The translations under genes and the position numbers were made by a program. Shown here one piece after another: positions 1-12,528 of a stretch of 58,013 nt of DNA. Source of the DNA: Octopus bimaculoides. Lineage: Eukaryota. Where the stretch lies: contig NC_068982.1 of the NCBI RefSeq assembly GCF_001194135.2, forward strand, positions 144,009,536 through 144,067,548, written 5' to 3'. The notes under the pieces were generated by a model. The model made no database searches, was not told the origin of the DNA, and was given only the letters and a program-made list of their open reading frames with translations. How positions within the stretch are numbered: the first letter of the stretch is position 1; every line of letters starts with the position of its first letter.

Positions 1-51
<51 letters not shown>

Positions 52-123
52 TGTCTATACACACACACATACATACATACATACATATATGGAAGTTGAT
101 AATATACTGGTTTTATATTTCAG

Positions 124-209
124 AAATTCTCATTCATATTCAGATTTTTGGTCTTTTCTTGAGAAATACTTGTTATTTCAACAAAAGACGGCAAAACCTT
201 CCAGAATAG
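124..209 (+). CDS. DHX34: DHX34 exon w1 ([28 protein letters not shown])
   Basis: tttcag|...ag|gtatgt; resembles human KFWTFFERLQRFQ; phase joins w2. Confidence 0.85.
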
Positions 210-3200
210 GTATGTGTATAAATTGTTTTCTGCTTAATATCCTCAAATTTTGACTATAAGCAGGTTTTACTGGCACCAATCCATTTCACTATTTAATTAT
301 AAACAAACAAATGTGGACAAAATAAAATCTCAAAAAGATTGATTTGTGTTTGGTTTTATATCTGTTAATGTTTTTGTCAACCTGACCCCAGTCAACTTTG
401 TGAAAAAATAAAACCTTGTCAGTGTCTCTTTAGCATGTAATCTACTTGGCCATTTACACTTTAGAGTGTAGTGTAACCCTAACACTAGATGCTAAACCTA
501 GCTCTAAAAACTAATCTTAAACCTAAACATAACCCAAACTGCTAAACCTAACCCTAATCTTAATCCTAACCCTAAACCTTAACCTTAAATCTTAACCCTA
601 TTACTGACCCAGATCAAGTAATTTCACAGTATAGGTTATGGATAATATGGTAGACCACATGCTAAAGTAGCACTGCCTGGTCTATGGAGGTAGCTGATCA
701 TAAATTTTGGGATAAGCCTTCATTATTTTGTGACACCACAGATACCTGGAGGGCTGATTGTTTGTTTTGTGCTTCATAGAAGTTATTGCAGTTATTTCTT
801 ATCTTTCTTCAAGTAATACTTTTTGTTCGTGGAGGTGCAATGGTTAGGGTAGTGGACTCGTGGTCATAGGATCGCGGTTTCGATTCCCAGACCGGGCGTT
901 GTGAGCGTTTATTGAGCGAAAACACCTAAAGCTCCACGAGGCTCCAGCAGGGGGTGGTGGCGAACCCTGCTGTACTCTTCCACCACAACTTTCTCTCACT
1001 CTTACTTCCTGTTTCTGTTGTGCCTGTAATTCAAAGGGTCAGCCATGTCACACTGTGTCACGCTGAATATCCCCGAGAACTACGTCAAGGGTACATGTGT
1101 CTGTGGAGTGCTCAACCACTTGCACGTTAATTTCACGAGCAGGCTGTTCCGTTGATCGGATCAACTGGAACCCTCGACGTTGTAAGCGACAGAGTGCCAA
1201 CAACAACTTTTTGTTCATTGTGAAGCCACTTTGCGAAAATGATGACAGAATTCATTGAATGTTGCTGTAATCTGAGCACTGCTATCATGGTCCAGGGCCA
1301 TTGGCTGACTCAGACACAGCTCTACAAACTAACAAAATACTGGTTGATATATTAGCATAGGTATGGCTGTATAATAAGAAGTCTGCTTCCAAACTACATG
1401 GTTCTATGTTCCGTCGCACCACATGGCACTTTGGGCAAGTGTCTTCTACTACAGCCCTAGGCTAACAGCCTTGTGAATGGATTCGGTTGATAGAAAAAAC
1501 TGAAAAGCCTAGCATGTGTGTGTGCACATGTCTTTGTGTGTGCTTTTTTGTGTTTCTCCTCCATCACTTGACAACTGGTGTTAGTTTGTTTACTTACCTG
1601 TAACTTTGCAGTTTGGCAAAACAGCAACCAACAGAACAAGTACCAGACAAAAAGAAACCTAAATACTGGTGTTGACTTGCTCAACTAAAAGTTTCAAGGT
1701 GGTGCTTTAGCATGGTGACAGTCCAGTGACTGAAACAAGTAAAAGATAAATGATAATTAAATAATTTTGGTTCCTTTAGTAAAGAGCTGCATCTGGCCAT
1801 AGTACTTGATTTAATTAGCTGAACTGAAGAAATAGTAGTAATCATCAACAAAAATTAACAAAACACTAATTAATTGTATAATGCATTTGATCCTTTTAGC
1901 AAAGAGCTATAGCTAAACATAGTATTTAATTTATGTAACTAGACTAAAACAGAAATAATAATGTTATACAAGTATAAGTATAAGACTGGATGAACTGTAG
2001 TATACCACTGGTGCTATTTGAGGCAATGACAATGCGTACTAGAATTATCAGGACCATTGAGAGAATATTTCAATATTGTTACTCACACTGCTAGAATTAG
2101 CAGCCGAATCTTCCTCATATTACACTCTGTCATCTTAAAAAATGAAAGACAGGGCATCCAGCTGTAGAAACATTGCCAGATCAGATTGGAGCCTGGTGCA
2201 GCCGCTGGCTCTCCAAACCTCAGTCAAACTGTTCAACCCATGCCAGCATGGACAAACGGACAGGGTTGATAATGGCTGTAATGCCTTTGATCAAAGGTCT
2301 GCTTGATCAGGATTGATCTAAGGCTAAATAATAGTAACATATTAATTCAAGGATACAGGAGAGATGAAAGTCAATGCTTGTAGTATTTGATTAGAATAAT
2401 GCATGACTAACTAAAGACAATGTGAATAAGCAAGCTTTACATTTAACAGTAATCTGAATGCTAAAAAGTTAAACTACAACAACCACCCTGAAACCTATTG
2501 TTGATATATTTTAACTAGCACAAGGATGTACTTGACTGAATTAACCTCATTATATTACTGGTACTCTCTCAGAAAGAGGCAAAAATCACTCCTGATGATA
2601 TTTAGTCTCAGAACATTGATGAAGTATATCGAATATTGTAGGATATTTAATATTGTTCTATCATTTCCACCAGCTACATGGGCAATCCACCTGCTAAGAA
2701 TAGTAGCTAAATCTCCATCAAAACATACTTTATTTTCTTAAATAAAATGGAAGGACACATAGGATAATTCAGTTTTAGGTAGACAAAAGGAAAAGAATGG
2801 TCACAGGCTGGAATACTTTGTATCACTGCTCTGCTCTATCAGGACTGTCTTGGAACACAGTCAACAATAAGAACAACACTATCACAACATCTCCATCACT
2901 ACCATCCACTTAAACATATTAGCAATAATCCCAATTTGTTTTACAGAGAGACCACCTGAATCTGTTAGTGAACATTTAAAGATCTCATCTGTCTACAAGA
3001 AAAGCTACAAAATTAATTTGGATTTCAACAACAGAAACTTAACAGATTTTCTTACCAAGAAACGATTACCAGGTAAATAAAGTTATTTTTTCCTTTTTAT
3101 TTTATTTATAAACAAATCACAGCAATGTCTAATTATAAACACAAAATATCTAAATATCTGAGATGAAGTGTTGTTAATAAAATTCTAATTTATCAAACTA

Positions 3201-4478
3201 TCAAGTTCCCCTTTCAGAGATGGGAAAATGTTTTATATTTAAATATACATTTGATATCCTATTGTCATTCAGTGTTTTTCTCTTTTAACTTTATTTTATT
3301 TTATTCCTGATGTATACAAAATATCAGACTGAATTCCTCTCTAGAAACCTTTATTTATAAACTAAGGGTAATAATGTTCTTATCCACTACACCGTGATTA
3401 CATAATCTTACGAAAAAGTTACCTCCCTACCTCCTCTTACCATTAGCTGTAGTGCATAGCTGAAAATTGTGTCTTTGAATTATAGCTTCTATAAGAAATT
3501 TTGAAGTACTGTTATATCTTGTGGGGTAAAATTGTTTGTCTTTCTGATAGATGATAAAAAGATATTGTATCGATCAAAGAATATAAAGATTAATAATCCA
3601 AAAAAGCCAAACTGTTCTAACAATATCATATTTTAAATATATGTAATTCACACTTTTTGGCTTTTAGATGAAGATTTCAAAGAATCTTTTACGGAAGAAC
3701 TTGTTCTGGAATTCAAAAATATTATACTTCATTACCTTGACTTTGTACAAAAACAGAAAGTAAGTCTTCACCAAGTCTTTATTATTTAGTTATTTGGCTT
3801 TCCCTCCTTTTGCATAAAAATTTGGTCATTTTAAGCATTTTACTTGGGGGCAAGTAAAAACTATTAGGAATTTAGAGATTTAAATTAAATATATGTTTCA
3901 GATTTTAGCACAAGGCCAGCAATTTTGGGGAGGGGTTAAGTCAATTACACTGACCCCAGTGCTCAACTGGTACATATTTTATTGACCCCAAAAGGATGAA
4001 AGGCAAAGTTGACCATGGCAGAATTTGAACTCAGAATGTAAAGATGTAATGCTGCTAAGCATTTTGCCCAGTGTGTTAATGATTCAGCCAGCTTGCCACC
4101 TTGATGGTTTAGATTAGATATTAACATGTGAGTGGCAGACAATGGTAAATATCCCTACTAATATGGGAAGAGTCACTATATACTAACACAGCAAATTGGC
4201 AGGACGTTGCACACAATGCTGCATGGTATTTGTTCTGAGTTCAGATCTTGCAAGATCAGCTTAGTCTTTCATCCTTTAGAGGTTAATAAAAAAAGTACCA
4301 ATTCAGGGCATTGGATTGGTGGAAATGTAAAGTTATCAAACTAAATTTCTTGTAATATTTGTTCGAAGACTTTATGTTCTGAGTTCAAATCCTCTTGTGG
4401 TCTATTTTGGTGGTAGACTTAATCTGTTGCTTAGTTTAACTCTATGACCTTTGTATGTGTGTGTGTGTGTGTATATAC

Positions 4479-4527
<49 letters not shown>

Positions 4528-4645
4528 NNNNNNNNNNNNNNNNNNNNNNNNNNNNNNNNNNNNNNNNNNNNNNNNNNNNNNNNNNNNNNNNNNNNNNNNN
4601 NNNNNNNNNNNNNNNNNNNNNNNNNNNNNNNNNNNNNNNNNNNNN

Positions 4646-4695
<50 letters not shown>

Positions 4696-7600
4696 GACAG
4701 ACTTCTTTCAGTTTCTGTCTACCAACTCCACTCACAAGGCTTTGGTCAGCCCGAAGCTATAGTAGAAGACACTTGCACAGGGTACCATGCAGTGGGACTG
4801 AACCCAGAACCATGTGGTTGGGAAGCAAGCTTGTTATCACAGAGCCACACATTTAGTGTAAACCAATATCAAACCACCACCATCACCCCGAATTTAAATT
4901 TATATAACAATTGATTGAAAATATATCCTTTATTTAGAATCTACTATGTCTATATTGCTCAGTATCTACTATGATTTCCTGTTATCATGTAAAATTTACT
5001 GTGCCATTTATAATCCTTAAAAAAAACTCACTCTGAAGTTAAATATATTCCTCTTAAATATACTCTACTTTCTTGTGGTATTAGTTTTCTAAATTGAAGA
5101 AGTTACAACGCGACAAACAGAATTTACCAATATGGAAGTACAAGCAGAACATAATTAACCAAGTCAGGGATAACCAGGTTGTGCTTGTTGCTGGGGACAC
5201 AGGATGTGGAAAGTCTACTCAGGTGAGTTAAACAATTCTACAATGCTTTACTTTTTGTTTCACATTGTCAGAGAGGAGAAGATGATGTTGGTGGTGTTTT
5301 CATTGTTGTTTAGTCTGAAGTCAACCCTGCTGTAGTCCACTTATGACCAATGTTACTCCAGCTGTCACCAACTGTCACCTGTTTCCTAGTTAGGTAATAT
5401 TTCACCATGGCCAAACAGGTTTTTCACAGAAGAACTGGAAATAAGAGTCATTTCTTTGTGACACACACACGCACACACACACATTTTTTCAGTTTCCATC
5501 TTCCAAATCCACTCACAAGGCTTTGGTTGGCCTGGGGCTATAGTAGCTTTTTCAGGTCCTCCAAGACTTGCAGAAGGAAGAGAATAAATTTATCCTCAGT
5601 CAGATTTGGTCTGAATGCTTGCAACAGATTAGACTTTGCTAAAGGTTACCAAGGGCCATTTGGTGATGTTTAAACTGACATTAAATCTGTAATGCCCTCT
5701 CTACAAAGCTATCTCCCCAAAATAAGAATGGAACCTTCTTTAGATTTCCAAACTGTTTCCATCTACACAGTCTCACTCACAAGGATTTAGTTGACCAGAG
5801 ACTCTGGTAGAAGTCTCTTGCCCAAGATGCCATGCACTGGGATTGAACCCCAAACCATGTAGTTGCAAAGTGAATCTTTTTACACACATCGATGCTCACA
5901 CTCCAATATTTGTCCTCAAAATTTCAGATTTACAATAGAGCCTCTATGTAGTCACTTGATCTGTTAGAGATAGTAGCCAGATCCCCCCTCAACTCTTATC
6001 TTAACATCTTAAAAAGCAATATGTTGGATTATATGTTGAGTTCCTTGCACATAAGGAAAGGATAGGATGGTCATAACTGAAACCATCAGTCTGCTCCATC
6101 AAGGGTGACTTGGACTAAACAACCACAATTATAACCTCAAGAACTTTAAATCAATGGAACGTTTTCTTGACCACTCAGTCTTTGATGTAATCATATAGCA
6201 TCTTATTCATTTCTTTGTAGGTACCCCAGTATTTGTTAGAAGCTGGCTATAAGAACATCGCTTGCACTCAACCCCGTAGAATTGCTTGTATTTCACTTTC
6301 AAAAAGAGTCAGTTATGAAACTTTGAATGAAAATGGGTCTCAAGTTGCCTATCAGGTAATTCCTCAAAAACAGAAAATCACTATTTTACATATATTCAAT
6401 ATTGTTAATCACTTTTTAACCCTGTTTTAGTTTTGTATTTTTCTAATTTAATTACGTTTAATCTTTGATCTTAATGAAATTACCTTTGCTTCTTTTTTTC
6501 TGCATTTTTTTTTTGTATTTTTTAAATTTCTATTCCAAAATCTTTACAGATTAGATTTGAAAAAACAAAAAGGCATGACACAAAAATTCTGTTTCTCACA
6601 GAAGGTAAGTTATGTACATGAAAGACATATGATTCTTTAGAAACAAAAAATTTCATATAATAATTTATTAATTTCTGCTATCCACTCTCCTTACAAGAGT
6701 AACTGTTGCCATGGATTAGAATGGATACCATACAACCCATTGATCATCCATCCAGATCAGGTGACTTGTCCAGACTAGTGTAACTCTTCCACACTAGATG
6801 TCCTGATCAAGCAATGCGACATGAATATATGGCCTGGATTTTAGTCCCATTAGTTTTTTTGTTTGCTGAAATATCTCATCTGTGCACAACATGACTACAG
6901 ATGATACCAGCTGTTTGCTTACTGAAATGGTTGATTCTGGCCATTGACAGTTTGTTGTCTGTTGATCTACTCAGCATCTTTTAATATTTGCCATTGTTTC
7001 AATAAGTTCATCTACTGAAATAGTTAACATCCACCATGCTGCATCCCATGATTTCGACATACCCTGACTCAGGTGGTCACATGCTATTTAACCCATAGCT
7101 GGAACCCTGACAGGTTCTGTTACTCCAGATCAGAGTAGACCTGGGAATAATAATAGCCAAGAGATGGTTCCACACTCTTCAAAATCCTGGAACTCCCAAA
7201 CCAGGGTCCCACTACCTGATGCATTTTGAAGTTATATTTTTTATTTATTTATGTGCCCTTTTGAAACCTAGCCAGGCTCATGGGCCTGGTTTCCCGGTTT
7301 CTATGGCGTATGTGTACCCCCCCCCCAGCTGGACTGGACGCCAGTCCATTGCAGCTTTATTCAAGAAACAGGAAGAAAGAGTGAGAGAAAGTTTGGGCGA
7401 AAGAGTACAACAGGGGTCGCCACTACCCCCTGCTGGAGCCTAGTGGAGCTTTAGGTGTTTTTGCTCAACACACACAATGCCCAGTCTGGGAATCGAAATC
7501 GCGATCCTCCGACTGTAAGTCCGCTACCCTGTCCATTGGGCCATTGCGCCCTTTTAAAGCCTAGCCAGGCTCATGGTCCTGGTTTCAATGGCCTATGTGT

Positions 7601-10600
7601 TCCCCAGCTGGATGGGATGCCAGTCCATCGCAGCATTACTCATTTTTGCCAGCTGAGTGGACTGGAGCAATTTGAAGTTATACCTAGAACTAATTAGTCA
7701 CTAATAATGGTATATTCTGAATCTAGTATATCCAGTAAAGATTAATCTGGTGTAATCCAATCCTGTCATATTTGGATATTTTTGCATGATCAGAATTGCC
7801 AAAGCATGGAATAAATTACCTGTGTTGGTTGTTAGCTGTCAGAACATTGCATGCTTCGAAACTTCCAAATGACTGCTTACTGTCTCCTTTTTTAATCTTT
7901 ACCAATAAGTTGTAGTGCACCTGATTACTGTATACAGTAAGCTCATTATTATTATTATTATCATAAAAGGTGGTGAGCTGGCAGAATTGCTAGCACGCCA
8001 GACAAAGTGCTGCTAAGCAACAGGTAACAGCCTAGTACTGAATAAAATTATATGGTCATAGTTAGAATGCCTTTGATCGTAAGTCTTCTTAATCGAAGCC
8101 AACCTGGGGCTAATCAACAACACATTTGTCTTCATAACAAATATGTTCACATAAACAAATACGTATCTGAGTAACGCCACATTTTGTACATAACAGATTG
8201 TTTATAAAGTATACTTGTCAGCATGAAAGATTATGTGACTCCTTGAGCCTTGAATGAAAACATATGTAGCTCACTTGATCCTGAATGAATAAACATTTTT
8301 TAAATATGCTTTTTTGCTTACATAGTCTTCCTTTTATATATTCAGAATGAGAGAAGTTGTTTTTTCTCTATCTGCTTCTAACTCAAGCTATAATACCATC
8401 ACATCCATATGAACTTGTATTTATAGGTCTCCTGTTGAGACAGATGTCATCTGATATCTACCTTTCTATGTATGATGTCATTTTGTTGGATGAGGTGAGT
8501 CTTTATTTCTCTTCTTTTGGAGATTTTTTTTACTGGTTTTTGTCATCAAATATAATATGATTTATTGATATCATGGTATGTGTGTTATCGTTTCAGATTA
8601 GTGCAATCTAACTTAACTCTTTATCTACTATCATTGTCCTCCTCCTCCTCTCTATATCCTCTGTTTTCTTCTTACTCTCAATATCCTCCTCTTAATTACC
8701 ATTTTCACCACCACCATCACCACTTCTGTAACCACTATTATAATTCTGACAAACTACCTTCTATAAAGTCATTTGATCTGATCTGTCCTGTAGCCAAATC
8801 TCCTCAACACCTACTCTGCCCTGTCTTTAAAAGGAGGACGTGATGTTTGAAGCCTCAAATTTGAAAACATTTCTGTTCCTTAATAAAAATAGAATGGCCA
8901 CCCTTAGAACACTGATCAGATGATTGAATTTCTACCCATAATGATAGACAAGATATTTTTATACTCCTACATCAAGCTTCCAGTACTGTGAGTTTTATTT
9001 ATTGCACCCACACAATAGATCTTTCTCTTCAAGAAGAGATTAACTAGTGCTCCTCCAAAAAAAAAAAAGAAACAACAGCAACATTCTGATCAACATTTCA
9101 ACAAATCCAAGAAAATCTCTCAGCCAAAAGTTCTTTTAAAATTGAGGGAGTTCAACTTGCTGGAAATCACAGCTGAATGTACTCAAATCCATCTTTAAAA
9201 ATGTAGGTTTGCTCAGTCAAGGTTGACCAAACAATAAAAGATTCAGATCATAGTTTCCAAACTAAAAGAAAATGTACCCAGTTTTGACTCTAAAGCATCT
9301 CAACTGGGGTTCATATAAAATTTTGTTGTTAAAATTTATCTGCAATAAATTCGTCATACTTCTACAATGCACAAAATATCTTAAGAAATTTTTAATACAA
9401 TTCCTAATAACATTTAATTATAAATATATAGTATGATTTTTTAAAACATTGAATGGCTTAGAGGATCCATCTGAGTAAAATAGCAATCAAAGGAGTCCAT
9501 TGGTAACAAAATGGTTGAGAAACACTAATCTAAAGTAATAACTAAACCACGAATAACACAATGATAAGCTATAACATGTTATACGATAACTGGCTACCTA
9601 TACTGTACATAAGGTCTAGTGCCTTTGTATGCAGGTGCAGTGGTTATAACTTAATCTGTCTCCAGAAAGAGGTCATTCAAATTTTGATATTTTCAATTTA
9701 TTCAGGAATACAGAAATGTAAGGTTTATAGAGTTTGGGAAAAAATACATTAGGCACAGATGTAGCTGTGAGGTAAAATGTTTGCCTCACAACCACATGGC
9801 TCCAGGTTCAGTCTCACCACAAGGCATCTTAGGTAAGTGTTGTCTACTGTAGCCCTGGGCTGACCAAAGCCTTGTGAGTGGATTTTGTTGATGGAAACTG
9901 AAAGAAGCCTGTCGTATGTATGTATGTAGATGATGATGAGGATGATGATGATGAATGTGTGTGTTACTGTCCCCTTGACATCACATGATAATTGTAATCA
10001 AGTGTCACCATCTTGCAAGTGGTGTCCTTCATTTCTAATATTCTGTGAGAGCATGTCTGGTCATGGGGAAATGTTATCTTACTTGGAGAGTTGGTGACAG
10101 GAAGGGCATCCAGCCATAGAAAATCTACCTCAGCAAATTCATCCAACCCATGCAAGCATGGAAAAGTTGACATGAAAACGTTGATGACGACGACAACGAC
10201 ATTACTGTATTTAACATCATTCTTCTCAGGTTCAAATCTGAAATTTTGCTGAAACTGTATTAATCTTTCATCCTACTGGGGCTAATGAAGTAAGCATCTG
10301 TAATAAACTGGAGTTAATTCATTAAACCATTACACAAAAAAATTGGTCTTGTACCTAATTTCAAGAAATTTTTTTAAATTTCTAATTTTAACCATTTTCT
10401 TCTCTTTCTTGTAGGTTCATGAACGCCATATTTTTACAGACTTTCTATTAGGTATGCTTAAATGTTTGCTGACTCAGCGCAAAGATCTTAAGGTTGTGCT
10501 TATGTCAGCAACAATCAACATTGGGCTTTTCAGTTCATATTTTGACAATGCTCCTGTTGTCAAGGTAATATTAAATTATTTCTATGGTAACCTAATTTTG

Positions 10601-12491
10601 ATTTCTTAGTTTTCATTTTTTAATTTTTTTTGCATTTATTCCATGTACAGAAAATCTGGTTTCTATTTCCAACAAGCGAGGCTGTGTAGGTTAATATATT
10701 TTGTCTGAAAATTCAATGAAAGCATATTTGAACTTACAATACACACAGGCATGGCTTTGCAGAAAGAAGTTTGCTTTCCAACTTCATGGTTTCAGGATCA
10801 GTCCCACTGCAAGGCCCCTTGGGCAAGTGCCATTTATTAGAGTCTTGGTCACTTTACTAAAGGCTTGGGAATGGATGTGGTAGATGGGAACTGAAACTTA
10901 AAAATAAAAAAGGATAAAGATTCTTCCCAAATCATAGGGCCAGTTTCCTGGTTTCCATGGTGCATATATACCCCACCTGGACAGGACACCAGCCCATCAT
11001 ACAATTTCATTTTTGCCAGCTGAAGGAACTGAATTAGCATGTAATGGAGTGTTTTGCTCAAAATCACAATGTGTCACCCAGTCCAAGTACTAAAACCATA
11101 CAATCTTAAAATCATGAGTCCAGTGCCCTAACTACTAGGTCACATGCCTCCACATTTTTACACATTATTATGTTTGCAAACTTAACATTCAAGTAAGGCT
11201 TTGTATTTACTGGAAGTTGGTGTGTGAGCTAGAAGTAAAAATAAATGGATCTTCCATTGAATTTGAGAATTCCAGTTGTTTGATCAGCTGAGCCATCTGC
11301 TCATTGTATTAGAGAATATGTAGCTGAGTATTCCACAGCCATGTGTACCTTTAAAATAATTCTTTGTCGGAATCAGCATGACCCAGTGTGTAACAAGGCT
11401 GGCCCTTTGAATTACAGGTAGAGACCAACTAACAGGCTTCCACACAAATTCCAAGAGAAATCATAATCATGGCTAGTGCTGGTAACATGTCAAAGGCGCC
11501 CTCCACCCCACCCCCGTACTGGTGACCCTTAAGAGCACCCTTGCCAGTGACACATGAAGGGCACCAGTGCTTGTGACACATAAAAAGCATCCATACTGGT
11601 GACATGTTAAAGGCACCTGTGTCGGTGACACATTAAAGGCACTTAAACCAATGACATGTAAAAGACACCCAGTACACACTGTGGAGTGGTTGGCATTAGG
11701 AAGGGCATCCAGCCATAGAGACCAAGCCAAAACAGACTGGAACCTGGTACAGCTCTCTGGCTTACCAGTTCCAATTAAACTGTCTTACCCATGCCGGCAT
11801 GGAAACCAGATACTAAATGATGATGATCATGATGATTTGTCCAATTGCACTAACAAGGTTTAGGTCAACCCAAAGCCATGATCAAAGATATGTGGCCAAG
11901 ATGCTACACAGAGGAATTGAGCCTTTGACTGTGAGACAAAAATGATAAGATTGTAAATACATTCCTTCTATGCTTCTGATGCGTGGAAAAAAGAAGAAAA
12001 TAGTGTGTGTATATATATGTATGTATGTATATGTGAGTGTGTGTGTGTGCATGCATGATGATGATAATGATCATCATCATCATCATCATCATCATTTAAC
12101 TTCTGTTTTCCATGCTGGCATGGGTTGGATGGCTTGAGAGGGGCTGGCAAGCCAGGGAGTTGCACCAGGCTCCACTTGTCTGTTTTGGTAAGGTGTCTAT
12201 GACCGGATGCTCTTCCTAATGCCAACCACTTTACAGGGTGTATTGGGTACTTTTTATGTGGCACCAGCACAGGTGCTCTTTATATGGCACTGGTACAAGT
12301 GCTTTTCACATGGTAGGTGCTTTTTACACAACTCTGGCACAGGTGCTTTTTACATGGTGCTAGCTCCCAGCGGAGTTGCCAAGTAGTTTGCACTCCCTCT
12401 CTTAATTGAGGGAGGGACTGGGATTGAGGGAAGTAGCTGTGTGCCAGTTGAGAGATTAGAGTATAATAGAGGGACAGAGATTGTTGTCTGT

Positions 12492-12528
<37 letters not shown>

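Noticed and set aside
829-900. tRNA-like heads of SINEs as tRNA genes (also 15293, 31396 etc.)
   Set aside because: A/B boxes are present but no complete cloverleaf, and each continues into a multicopy SINE body.
4431-4762. ORFs rich in IY/YI/TH/CV runs and X (also 12280-12636, 19259-19709, 27085-27641, 28649-29068, 36866-37439, 38641-39670)
   Set aside because: They are translations of (TA)n/(CA)n microsatellites and N gaps, not genes.
9040-9527. Possible hAT/Charlie remnant (3' end ggttgagaaacact)
   Set aside because: Only one TIR-like end; no TSD or convincing transposase translation.
11478-11680. CRISPR-like repeat-spacer appearance
   Set aside because: Eukaryotic intron, degenerate repeats, spacers too short and related to each other, no cas genes; the array is internal to RTE-tail elements.
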